Shown piece by piece: positions 13,628 through 24,805 of a stretch of 64,000 bases of DNA; the first letter of the stretch is position 1; each line of letters starts with the position of its first letter. The stretch comes from Oikopleura dioica. Lineage: Eukaryota; Animalia; Chordata. Where the stretch lies: the NCBI GenBank assembly GCA_907165135.1, contig OU015567.1:806001-870000 (forward strand), in the 5' to 3' direction. The notes beneath the pieces are model-generated. The model searched no databases and was not told the origin of the DNA. It saw nothing but the letters and a program-made list of their open reading frames with translations. Position numbers and translations under genes: made by a program.

Positions 13628-14734
13628 TTACAGTTTTGTTCGGCACTCGGGGCTTTTGTGCCCAACCTTTAGGCACCGCCGACAGACGATCTGCTCTTTT
13701 CGCTGTTTCGTGGATTCAGAACGTTGTGGTCCGCTCTTATCTTTTTCTGCTTCTTCCTTCTGCCTTTTTCGACATTCTGCTTTCACATGCCCGACTAAAC
13801 CACAATACCAACAAGTGCGGGGTTTCTTTTGCGCTTGTCGTTTTTCTTGGGCAAAATTATTAACCTCTATTGTTTTTATGTTTTTCATGTCAATTATAGT
13901 CTGGGCCATCGCTAGGATCTCATTCACGTCTTTGCTCTTTTCAGTTAGTGCGATAAAGGCTGCCTCGCGAGTAACAAATGCGGGTAGCTTCTTTTTCAGG
14001 TAAGAAAGTGTAATTTTATCTAGAACCTTTGCCTCAGTATCCGGTCCTAGAAGATTTTCTACAAGCCCTCTTAGCGAAAAGAAAAAGGTTCTAACCGCTT
14101 GATCAGGACTGTAATTTAAGCGCTCAATTTGCCTTTCTTTCTCGCTTTCGGAAATCGCGAAAGTACCCAATAAAATATTTTTAAACTCGGCAAATGTTTT
14201 AACTTTTGGATGGTTGGCCAATTCCTCTATCGCTTTTGCTTGAAGTTGCGGGTTAAGCTCACCCAAAAGACAACCGATGACTCGATCTAGATTTGACACT
14301 CCTAGGTATTTAAGCAAAGTCATGCTATTATCTAACCACCGAGAGAGGTCTTGTGATTCATCATATGGGTGGAGCTTTATTTTTGAAAATGGCTTTTCGT
14401 TTCGCGAAAGATTGTTGATTTCAACTGTAGGGGTTGGCCTTGGTGAGAAAATCTTCTCTTGGTCAGGTATTTCAGAAGAGTTTGGTGTTGGCTCAGACCT
14501 TTGTTGGCCCTGCTGATAATCGGGCTCTGGCTGGTCAAATTCAAATTTCACTCGCCTTGACCTTGGTGGGTATGACGTATGCGAAACTCTAGGTTCAGAT
14601 GGTAAACTTGAAATTACCGTGATTGGTGGGTTGCCTGGTATGAAAGACTGATTTGTTATCACTGGGCCTGGTGAAGTGGGCCCTGGCATTCCTTGAGCTA
14701 CAGTTGTCCCACCTGGTAATACTGGAGCCGTCAT
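13628..14734 (-). CDS. gag: Gag (Pro/Ser-rich region, capsid-like region, two CCHC zinc knuckles)
   Basis: CWYCGLVGHVKAEC and CRRCLKVGHKSPEC (CX2CX4HX4C). Confidence 0.93.
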   Translation of the reverse strand: MTAPVLPGGTTVAQGMPGPTSPGPVITNQSFIPGNPPITVISSLPSEPRVSHTSYPPRSRRVKFEFDQPEPDYQQGQQRSEPTPNSSEIPDQEKIFSPRPTPTVEINNLSRNEKPFSKIKLHPYDESQDLSRWLDNSMTLLKYLGVSNLDRVIGCLLGELNPQLQAKAIEELANHPKVKTFAEFKNILLGTFAISESEKERQIERLNYSPDQAVRTFFFSLRGLVENLLGPDTEAKVLDKITLSYLKKKLPAFVTREAAFIALTEKSKDVNEILAMAQTIIDMKNIKTIEVNNFAQEKRQAQKKPRTCWYCGLVGHVKAECRKRQKEEAEKDKSGPQRSESTKQRKEQIVCRRCLKVGHKSPECRTKL

Positions 14735-14857
14735 TAAATCGCATATGTAGAATTTCGAAATTGGCTCAGCAAGCTCATCTGTAGCGATGGCTTTTAATCC
14801 GCTTTTAGCCTTTGATTCTGGGAGCCCTTGAAATATGCACTTTTAATGAATGAATCA

Positions 14858-15181
14858 TTAGTCTCTGGCATGCCGTAAGATATTAACATGTCCATAGGAT
14901 TCTTTTACTTTAGTGAAAAAGTTATCGGTTGAACTTAGACTTAAGTAGAGGTTTGCATCTAGTTTTACAATTTTTGCGGGGAAAATGAACACTTTATTAC
15001 CCTTGTAGCAAAGCACAAATGAGACAGCGTTACCCCTTTCCGTAAATCTAGAAAGTATGTCCTCTTTTGAGGGGTTCCCAACAAGGATATCTTTGTCTAA
15101 AATATCTGCCCAATCGGAGAGCTTTGCCTTTGTTGTCGAAAGACTTATTTTGAGGTCGATGAGGCTTATACCTTTCCCCAT
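14858..15181 (-). CDS. ORF0 (107 aa from ATG), probable N-terminal matrix-like part of Gag
   Basis: Begins MGKGIS (MGxxxS myristoylation consensus); in frame with gag; an alternative open frame bridges the intervening stops. Confidence 0.6.
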   Translation of the reverse strand: MGKGISLIDLKISLSTTKAKLSDWADILDKDILVGNPSKEDILSRFTERGNAVSFVLCYKGNKVFIFPAKIVKLDANLYLSLSSTDNFFTKVKESYGHVNILRHARD

Positions 15182-15252
15182 CTTTCTGTTGTTTTGCAAA
15201 TTTACCTTTGCTTGTTTTTCTCTGCTGTGACACTCACACTCGTCAGTTTGGT

Positions 15253-15270
15253 CCACGGACTCAGTCACCA
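15253..15270 (-). promoter_or_regulatory. Primer-binding site (TGGTGACTGAGTCCGTGG)
   Basis: Starts with TGG 1 nt inside the 5' LTR boundary; the first 7 nt match the tRNA-Trp-type PBS TGGTGAC. Confidence 0.75.
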
Positions 15271-15271
15271 A

Positions 15272-15547
15272 TAATGGGACTAGTATTCTGCGACTAAAGA
15301 TTAAAGACTAAAGTTTATCTCTCTAGCTGCTCTCTAGAATCTCTAAGCTTGTCTTTATTCAAATCTCTAGTTGCAATTTCGGGGGTGATTTCAGGAGACG
15401 AGGTTTTAGGCGAATGTGTCGTTTTATTTCAGATTCAGAAGAGGTGAGCGTTGAGCTCTGGAGATAAGAGGAAACAGAGAGTAACACTTTTCAAGGCTTG
15501 AGCAGTTATGTTTGAAAGTATCTACTCGCTAGAGTATAGTCCCTATA
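15272..15547 (-). repeat. 5' LTR (276 bp)
   Basis: Identical to 6985-7259 except for a G5 vs G4 run; termini TATAGGGAC...GTCCCATTA form an imperfect inverted repeat. Confidence 0.96.
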
Positions 15548-16470
15548 GTGTAGTTATATTTTTTCCGAGAAAAATGAAGTGAAGTGAAGTTACTTTTTTA
15601 AAGTTGATCACTTTAACTTCAAAGTTAACTTTATTGAAGTTGAAATGAAGTGATTCGGAACTCTGATCTTGACTATCTCTTTCTATTAACTATTTCATTG
15701 TTTTTCTTTCAAAAAGTTCTAGTAAGAAGAAGTGGGAAAAACGACCCAAAAAGTGATGGATTTGAATTTAACAACTATCCGGCCTTAAAAGCATTTAAAT
15801 TTTATAACCCCGGTATTTTCTTCTGAGAGACAAGGTTGTTCTTGGTCGTTAATTATGATTCAAAATTGAAATCAGACTTTTGACTTTTGAGAAAAACGGA
15901 ACAATAAAAGAATAAGAAGAAAACAACATAAAAATTCAAGCCTGGCTCTTGAAAATCAATGAAGAATCGATTTTTCGCGGAGCAGTGGTTCTTTGGCATT
16001 ATGGGCAACTTCCTGTTAATGAAGCGGAATCGACCGGAAGCTCCGCGCATAAAGCTCAATTGGCGCGGCGGGTTGCTAAGGGCACCTAAAAACTTCTTCA
16101 AGAATGAAAACTGCTTTTGTCAGATAGATTCAAGAGGGCCCAATCGACACAAAACCGGACGTCCCGCTGAGTGACGATGCTAACTTTTTTGGAAAACAGC
16201 CATTTTTATCGAAAAATTTAAAAATATCTTCAATATTGTAACAGTTAGTCTACCGAGTATTTCATTCAATTGCCCCGAGAAAATCATCGCCATATATGGC
16301 GACTTTTGAAAATCCACTTATGGCGCCCTTGTTCAAGCAGATCTGGCTAAGCCAAGTGAGGACTTTCTCTCTTTGCAATAACTAGGGAACGAAGATCTTA
16401 CTTAGTCGTATTTACTAGAAATTTTATTTTTCACTCGATATTTTATTTTTTGCCGTGGCATTCGCGGTTG

Positions 16471-17342
16471 TTATGATAACGTTTTTCCTTGTGGTATGAA
16501 GCAAGCAAATACAAAAAGAGCAAAAAAACAGCAGAAAATTCCAAAACAAATCCAACCAATTACTTTTCCAAAGGTCTTCAAGCCGGACTTTTTAGTCGTT
16601 GTGGTCGTTGTTGTCATAGTTTCAGTAGTTGATGGGAATCTTATTTCTGCTAAATCATCAAGTTCTTTCTTCTGCTGCAAAAGTACTGCAATCTGCTCTG
16701 CCAGCAAATCTGACTCCTGTTTGGCCTCCGCTGCAAGTTTCTTTTCGAGCTGTTCTTTGTGGTAGCGCAAAACTTCAATCTCATCTTCTTTTGCCTTAAA
16801 TTATCAAGTCTTACTTCGATCAAGAAGTAATTGTCTAACCAAAAGTTCCGCCTCTTGTTCAAATAATTGAATTTGTGTTTCTTTTTCGGTTTCTGGCTCA
16901 ACTGGTTGTGATTCCTAGAATTGTTAAAGCGAGGTTATTTTTTTTATAATTATTACCGGGTTTCCTTGGAGAATGCTTATTATCTTTTGTTTTACTTTCT
17001 CTTGCTTATCTTCTTGGGCTTTTTGTTCATCAAGTTTTTCAAAGCAGCTATTCTTGATTGCTTTCATGTCTTTCCTTGATTTTTGGATAGAATTATATAA
17101 AAAAATATTAAAATGATAAAGCCAATTACAAAGGTGCTAACCATACTAAGGCACATTTTAGGTTTTTGCTAATCGATTCTATCCTCATTCCTGCATTCTG
17201 ATATACATCGTCTGTCCGAGATTCCAGAGCACTCCTCCAAACACTCATTCAAATATCTCTTCGCTTCTTTCTTGCATACTTTTTTGGCTTTACCGATTTC
17301 GGCAGAAAGGAGCACAGGGAGAATAAAAAGAGAGAATTTCAT
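16471..17342 (-). CDS. Orphan type I membrane protein, 4 exons (signal peptide, Cys-rich helical domain, coiled coil, Thr-rich stalk, TM)
   Basis: MKFSLFILPVLLSA...ECLEECSGISDRRCISEC; exon KDMKAIKNSCFEKLDEQK joined by a phase-0 GT-AG intron to ESQPVEPETEK; TTTTTTT run; TM VIGWICFGIFCCFFALFVFACFI. Confidence 0.65.
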
Positions 17343-17577
17343 AATTTTGAAGAATGCTGATATTCTCAACAAATTTCGTGCCCAGCAAAAAGGCAATATT
17401 TGCATTTCAGACAAAATTACCGCTATTCAATTATTTAAAGTTTGCTTTCTCTTCCAAAGTATGTTTGCTACAAAAAAGGCGAATGCTAAGGGACTTGACT
17501 TTTTATGTTTTTTCTTTAAATTTAGATAAATTATTGTAGAAAAAGTTCTATCTATCCATTTGTCTTATTGTATGCCC

Positions 17578-17802
17578 CTGGGCTCGGCAACCTGAGAAAT
17601 AAACCTGAAAGATCTGAGAGATCAAACATGAAAAAACGAACCCGCGAAGCGGCTTCGCAATAATTTAAAAATTAGATTGGATATAAATATTGCGAAGCCG
17701 CTTTACGGCTTCGATAAAACAAAGCCGCTACGCGGCTTTTAATTTTGGATCTTTCAGACCCTGACTCAGGTTTTCTACCGGTACTCAGGTTGCCGAGCCT
17801 AG
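17578..17802. mobile_element. hAT-like MITE (CTGGGCTCGG family)
   Basis: TIR CTGGGCTCGGCAACCTGAG / CTCAGGTTGCCGAGCCTAG; 8-bp TSD GTATGCCC. Confidence 0.92.
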
Positions 17803-18409
17803 GTATGCCCCCATGATAAATCCTTTTACGAAGATGATAAGTTCAAGTACCAAGCGGTCGCCTTTTCTTGATTCTTGGGCTAATCACTTAACCAAAATTG
17901 GTCGCGATATCAACCCCTTAAAGATGGTCGCTTCGGAATTCTAGCGGCGGTTTCGGAGAAGGTAGATATTTTTGCAACATTCGTGAGACTCGCCAATTCA
18001 CGCAATTTTAATAAGTTTTCTCATTGCACCTCTTGGTGTGGGTAATTTTACGCCAAACACGCGCAACGGGTTAATTTTTCAGATTTTTGGGAAATTTGAG
18101 AAAAAATATTTTTCATTTTTCTTTTGTTTTTTTCGACGATTTTGAACTCATTATATCAAAAATGAACTGAAAAAATTATTAAACATCCACAAAAAATAGA
18201 GCCATAGAGCATTTATGGTTTTTGAAAAAGTCTGGAAAGCCGCCAAAATGAAGTCCATTTTTCGCCAAGATTAATGCACCTGCATCTATCCCTGATAAAA
18301 CCCCCTTCTTCTCGTTTTTCTCCTTTTTCATTTGAATTCTATATCAGCAGGTGATAAATGGGTGAATCTCCTTCTCCAATTTAAATTTTAAATCCGTCTT
18401 TTAACATAG

Positions 18410-19130
18410 CCAAAAATCTCCAAAGCTCATTTCATGCAATTAAGGATTATGGATTTCAAAATTTCGCGGAAACGGATGTTTATGATGAAAATTTTCGGTT
18501 GAATAATCGGGTTGTTGTAAGTTTGGGATTCCAAAATTGAAAATAACTCGCTAAATTTGTTAAGTGAATAAGCTAAGAGCAGGGTTGAAGGGTCTAAAAA
18601 GCAAACAGGTGCCATCTTAGGGGTGGCACTTGAATTATAAAGTGATACTTGGAGCAGATGAAAATTTTTTCGAAAGATATTTTCGGGTCGAAATATCGCC
18701 AGCTCCTTATATTTCAGTTGAACATCTTTTGAAGCCAGAAGTTCAAAAACTCCGCTTGTTATCCGAAAACATTAATCCAGTTATCGGAAGGGCTGTCCGA
18801 ATCGCTCGTTTTGCGCAAAAAGGTCTTTGTGTTTTGGGTCGGCAGGTTCGCCTCAATTTCGGCGTCAAATCGAATTATGTAAACGCGCAACAGAAAAAAA
18901 CGCCACAGCTTTCAGACGGAAATAGCACCTTTGACAGCGGTTCTAAACCCAACATAACAAGAACAAGAACGGTTTGGATGTTAGAAAGTGGCTTTTTTGT
19001 CAGAGGGTTGATGCAATTGTCCACAGCTGTCTTGAAGGAGCCAAAGTTGTGAAGATTGCAGTTTTTGAACCCATGCCACTTTTTGGATGGGAAAGTGCTT
19101 TAATATCTTTATTTTCGCGCTTATAAGATT
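18410..19130 (+). CDS. Possible multi-exon gene of unknown function
   Basis: Protein-like open segments (DYGFQNFAETDVYDENF; ISPAPYISVEHLLKPEVQKL) next to GTAAGT donors; splice phases not fully resolved. Confidence 0.3.
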
Positions 19131-19504
19131 ATCAATTGCTGGCTGCAGTTCTGTCAAAAAATCTCGTATTACCAAAACACTTGCATTTTCGTCAGTAAAA
19201 GCGCTGCGTGCCTAAGAGCGCGTTAAAGATATTGCGCCGGACGCGCTCTATTGATGTTTCTGTTGCCGAAATCCAAGGCATAAAAGAACACCTTTGTTGG
19301 CACAACAGGAATATGGAAAAAAAAAGACAACTCAAAGGAAGTTTTTTTGAAGAGTTTGAGCCACCTTGGGCTAGAATAACTTTCTTAGGAAATGGATTTG
19401 GTCGATCAAAGAGGGGGATTTATATTCTGATCTTTGCTTTGAAAAATTTTACTTCTGTAATTATCAACTTGAATAAATTAAGAGGATACCCCTTATTATT
19501 TTGT

Positions 19505-19715
19505 TTTACCCATGATTTCGACAAATTTTTCGACGAAAATTCGACAAAAAATCGACAAAATATTTTCGACAAAAAATCGACAAAACTTTCGACAAATTTT
19601 GCGTTGAAATTCTGAACCAATCAGAAGCCTTGATTCGGCAAATCTGCCAATCAGAAGCTGAGTTGCCGCCCGCGCAAAATTTATCAAAATTTTTGTCAGT
19701 TCCAGACGCCATCCC
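19505..19715. mobile_element. MULE-like MITE copy with expanded CGACAAAA repeats
   Basis: Right TIR TTTGTCAGTTCCAGACGCCATCCC and CCAATCAGAAG core shared with 53467-53623. Confidence 0.7.
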
Positions 19716-19739
19716 TTTTCTGGAACTCTTTTTTTATCT

Positions 19740-19852
19740 GAGGACTCGGCGACCTGTGTAAAAAACCTGAGTCAGGGTATGAAAATGCTTCGTTTCTAAA
19801 AAAGCTTTATCATACCCTGACTCAGGTTTTTAACACAGGTTGCCGAGCCCAG
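19740..19852. mobile_element. Minimal palindromic hAT-like MITE
   Basis: CTCGGCGACCTGTGTAAAAAACCTGAGTCAGGGTAT ... ATACCCTGACTCAGGTTTTTAACACAGGTTGCCGAG. Confidence 0.85.
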
Positions 19853-22375
19853 AAGTTCTTTCTATCGAATAGCTAATAAAATACTTATCCATAAATTAAG
19901 GGCGACAGAGCGACATTTATAATTCATTCTGAAAATGATAAATCTCCATAGTCGATGGACCCTGGACCTCGCCTTCTTTGTTTTTGTTTTTTCTCCCTTC
20001 GTCGGTGATTAGAAGATGGGGGAGGAGAAGGTTTAGAGCTGCGCTCAGCACATGTTCGACACGAAAAATAAGGGTCAATAGCAAAACAATAGAGCTTCAG
20101 CCCTTGTCTTCGATAATTAAGATAAAATCAATCTGAAAATGAGCGCAAACCAAGCTACTTGACATGAAAATTTTTCGGCGACTAGAAATTTAAAAATTCG
20201 AGCTTGATGGATAATCGCGCGCCGGAAATGGTCAAATTTGACAGTTCGAGAGTTAATAAGTGCTCTGTTACGGGGATGGCGGATTCTTTGGAGATCAGCC
20301 AAATTCAAAATCGGACGAGAAAAAAAAATAATATTTTTTTAAAATTAAAAAAATATTTTTTTTAGAAATTTGAAAAATTTTTAACTTTTTTTGAAAAATT
20401 TTTTATTATTTTTTTGAAAAAAAAAATTTTTTTCTCATTTTTTATGAAAAATTTTTTTTTCATCTAATTTTTTTTTCTGCTTCTTATTTTTTTTCTATTG
20501 AAGCCACTCCAGTTGCGGAAACGCAAACTATGCAAATCCCTTCTCCCTTATCAGTTCAAAACTAGCGGCTTATCCAGGCATCGTTGGGAGAAAGGAAGCC
20601 TCTCTCAAGTGAGCGAGTTAAATGTCCATAAAAAGCAAGCTAGTTCTAGCTCTGCGATAAAGCCTCTATCTCGGCAATAGAGCAGCGTGTTGAGAATGTA
20701 AGATAAGAGGAATTAAGTTCTTTTATTATTTGGTGCAGCGTCTTGATCCGTTGTTGATTTCGATCAGCAAATTTGGCTTTTTTAGAAGTCGATTTTTCGA
20801 TTTTCTTTTTCATTTTTTGATTTTCAATTTCGAGTCCTCTAAAAACTCGTAATCCGTCTTCGCCAGGCAGTGCCGTCAACAAACAGAATCGCGTCCCTCT
20901 ATTTGGATTTCACGCGGCGGTTCCGACCTGCTCCTGACCCCGGAGCACGAAACGGTGTTGTCTCCCAACAAGCTGCGGTTTCGCTTAAAACGCGCAAGTC
21001 TTGACTCTTGTGTTGATCGAAATCATGGTCTTGCGAAAATCAAGGCGTCAACAAATCAATTTACGCTAATTGACTAAAACAAGCTTACTAATTGGGCCGC
21101 AGAATTACGAAGAGTCTGAAAATTGCAAATCACGTGAACGGGGTGTCCTAACTGTGATTACACTCTCAACGAAAAGGCTCATTATCGACCGTTAGCACCT
21201 TAGGAACTTCGAATTTCGATAATGAGAAATTCCAAAGCCCCTTTTTCTGAAAGACCAAAAAGGCTGGAATAGACATAAAATACGACAAAAATCGATTTTT
21301 AGTGGCAAAATTTGAATAAAATAATTTCATTGGTCGAAAATTTGACCAAAAAAAAGGACCGAAAATATTCGATTTTTTATGAAAATTTTCCTTGAAAATC
21401 AATTTTTCAACAAGTTCTACTTTGAAGATAAGTTTTAATGAAATTTGGGTACTGAATTTTTGCGTTCTGGTTGTGCAACGTGAAGGGCTAGAAGAGGTTT
21501 CGACTTGGCGACTCATTCGATTTACATAAGTGGACGACACGGGATTTTCATGCCGACTCACGTCAGCCTCAGAAGGATGACGAGAGTGAGGGCAGATCAG
21601 AGTTGACGCTCATCGAGTGTTATCCGCTTCAAAATTAAATGCTCCCGTGGGTTCTGAAACAATCTTTTGACATAAAATTATTTATTGAAATCAAGGAAGA
21701 GAACGCATCGGAAATCAGAAAAAATGAAAATCTAGATTTGAAAAAGAAGAAATATTCAACATGTTTTTGCTTCTGAAGAGTCGTTTCTCGTTGTCGGCAT
21801 CAGAGTATTCCGCGGTGTTTCTAGAGAAAAAAATATAACAGGTTGAGAAAAAGTTATAATGAGACCTTCTTGTGATGATCGTGGAGCCATGCTTCTGCTC
21901 GGAAGAATATGAAATTGTCCTTTCTTATCGAAAAAGATAAGCGTTTTTTTCGCCAGTTCTTAGCCTTGCTTGGGTTGATCCAAGACAAATTACCGAACCA
22001 GGCAACCCATCAGCCACACAAAAATTATCCCTCGTTTTTCAAGGGCTTTAAACTGCTTTTAACTTTTACGAGTTCAAGTTCTCTCAACAAATTTGACGCT
22101 AAAAGTTTTCTCCGAATTTTAACTCGCACCTGATAATTGGTTAGCTAGAGCATATCTTACTGTATATTCTATACAGTAGTTCTTGTAAGTCTTTTGGAGA
22201 AAAGACCATTAAACTACTCTAGCTACATCAAAAAAAGCTACTGACGGGTCGCCGGAGCGAGAAAAAATAACGAACAACTGTAGTTGTATGTAATTCACAA
22301 CTCAGTGCCTAGGGTTAAATAAAGCTAAGATTTCTCGAATTCGATGGCGGGTCTCTTTTTATCAACGCTTTTTGT

Positions 22376-23720
22376 CTAACGTATTTCGCTTCGTAACGAT
22401 TCATTTTTTAGATTGATAACGCTAGTTCCTAATGAGAATTGGGCTAGCTTATCCAGCGCGGGCTTTTTTGATGTTGACGGAGAATCGATGTTGATGATGT
22501 CTAATTTGAGCTTTGTAATCGTTGTTAAGAGGGTTAAATTACCGGGTGGAGGATCAGGACTTTTGTCATCTTTTCTCGTTTCGTCAGACCCTTATTTTCC
22601 TATCAAGATTGCTTGTTTTATAAGGTGCTTACCGAAACTCTCCTCAGAGTTATTTGATCCAGCATCAGTTCTATCAGAAGTCGTTGATGATGTTGGAGTC
22701 GAAATTTCGTCTGAACTATCAATTGAAGAAGATGTATTAATGACTCACCGGAATTATTCTGCGGTGGGGAGTTGGAGCTATTCGAATTGCTCGAATTCGT
22801 TGATGAAGGCGAAGACACCGAGTTTGGGGTTGACGCGTTCAGACTGAAGAAAACATAGAGGAAAATAAGAAAATGGAAAAACCTGGCGACTTGCTTAGCA
22901 AGCTTATGCTGATGAAGCATTTTTTGTATTCTCAATGTTTCTCGTCCAATTGCTTAATAGTTGATCATCAAACTAATATTCATTTTATTTGATACCGAAA
23001 ATGTGATGATGCTCCATCATCTGATCATTAACCACCATTTTCTTCGCTTCAGTTGATTTTTCAAGGAAGTCATCTATGATTTCATTGTAACCAATAAAAA
23101 GAGTCGAAAAACTTACCAAGGAAATTGCAAGCTTTGGAAGAATTAAAGAGCATCGAATTTGGAGGAATGTTTTTTCCTGAAGCTTTCTGATTTTGGCTCA
23201 ATTTTTCATCAAAATTTACAAAAACATATTCTTCATTTTTGAGCCCAAGATAAAAGTTCAGGAGTTTCTTTCTTATGTAAGAGTTGAATGCAACTGCTTC
23301 CTTTGCTTCCTTTATGTATCCCACTAGAAGTTCACGATAAAAGAGCCGTTTTAATGAGTCTTACAGGTTTTCATGCGTCTTTTTCTCTGCATTTCCGGGC
23401 AGCCTCGTTGTTTTTCATCCTTTTGACTTCTTTGTCTGTTTCAAGAGCGATTCTCTTGTTTGGCTTCTTGACCTGAATTCGATTCTAAGTAAGTCGTTTT
23501 CTTGATTTATATAAAGGCGTACCAAATAGAGCGTAAAAAACGCTTTGATTCATTTTTAATTGCGTCAGTAAAGATCAATTTGAGTTATTCTCTCTCTACT
23601 TACATCCGGTTTTTTGCTTCTTTTTGAAGGACAAATCGGTTTCTTCCAAATATCCACATCTTGTCCGTTTTGGATTGTCTGGCCGACCACCTGATTTGCC
23701 GATTTCTCAATTGCAGCCAT
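22376..23720 (-). CDS. Divergent bZIP transcription factor (NFIL3/PAR-like basic region) with Ser/Thr/Asp-rich C-terminus
   Basis: KRMKNNEAARKCREK[R]RMKT-LGYIKEAKEAVAFNSYIRKKLL (needs +1 A at 23380-23384); downstream 38-45 nt GT-AG introns in matching phase; stop at 22376. Confidence 0.72.
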
Positions 23721-24332
23721 TTATAAATTCAGTCGATTGATAAAAACTTGAATATCATGGTTGTCATAAAAATATTATTGAAGCGTGGTGGTATCGAGAT
23801 GGTTAACTATTGAAAGCGAGTTTACGCCTGGTTAATCACTAATTCCACTGCAGCGCCAATCGTAAGGCACTTGTGGAACTTTCGCCTTATGTAAGGAATT
23901 GCAATATGTAACAAGCGCCCCATGAACGAGAAAATTGCACAGCTTGCGAAAGGGGCTAGATATGAAGAATCGGATTTCCTGTCAGTGTTTTCTTTCATTT
24001 TTAACATAGTAACTCCCTTATTTTTTCTGCTCAAAAATCATTTCAGGCAATTATCTATTTCCTCTGGAAACCAAAAATAAAGATTTTTTGAGCTTTTGAG
24101 GTGCGACAATGCAAATCGGGCACCTCCGATTGTCGCCATTATGACCATTTTAGGAAAGTCAGCAATCTTTGACGAGAAATTCCTTGACTTTGAAATCCGA
24201 AATTTCGGCTTCCATAGATATTTGAAAAAGGTCTTAATTTTTTCTTTTCAAAATGAAACAAGGGTGTAACTTTTTTATATTTGGGACAAAAATATGAATG
24301 AAAATCCCAATTCTTGGTATCTACCTCCTTAA

Positions 24333-24668
24333 GGAACCCCCGTCAACGATTTTCCTCAAATAATGGAAAATTTCAAAAATGCCATATTTTGGCTTCTAAG
24401 TGTTCCTGGAAGATCAATTTATCATAAAAACTTGTTGGGAGCACCTTTTGACCAAGAAAAATCTGAAATTTTGCAAAATTTGGACTTTTTCGTCATTTTT
24501 CCTCAAAAAGTCCGATTTTCAAACGCGATTTTGAGGGTGTTAGAGTCGAGATAGACCCCGAAAAAATGAAGCCTCAAAATCGTTTTTTGACCCGTAGAAT
24601 CCAATTCTGGGGTCAAAATTTTGAAATTCCGAAAATAAATTTTTCGAAAATTGTTGACGGGGGGGTCC
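24333..24668. mobile_element. Kolobok-like MITE
   Basis: TTAA|GGAACCCCCGTCAAC...GTTGACGGGGGGGTCC|TTAA; homologous to 38454-38798. Confidence 0.85.
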
Positions 24669-24805
24669 TTAAGTCTTTATCCGATTTTTTTATTATTTTT
24701 ATTAAGATTAATTGCCTTTCAACTAAAAAAATTTTTATAGAAGCTCAAAGAATATAAAATGTGGAAAAAAGGATTTTTATGAGACAATTATGTTTATTTT
24801 CGAAT

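Larger units (their letters stand above)
6985..15547 (-). mobile_element. Full-length Ty3/gypsy LTR retrotransposon with env (Tor-like endogenous retrovirus)
   Basis: Direct LTRs at 6985-7259 and 15272-15547; 5-bp TSD GTGTA (6980-6984, 15548-15552); PBS and PPT present; gag-PR-RT-RH-IN-env order on the minus strand. Confidence 0.97.
6562..15665. mobile_element. hAT-type MITE (~540 bp, GAAGT-repeat rich) interrupted by the LTR element
   Basis: TIR CAGAGTTCCGAATCACTTCA at both ends; 8-bp TSD ATCTTGAC (6554-6561, 15666-15673). Confidence 0.9.

Noticed and set aside
7736-14516. Plus-strand ORFs within the retroelement
   Set aside because: Short antisense shadows of gag/pol/env with no motifs
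22413-22847. 144-aa plus-strand ORF
   Set aside because: Antisense shadow of the low-complexity bZIP exons, whose splice sites are on the minus strand
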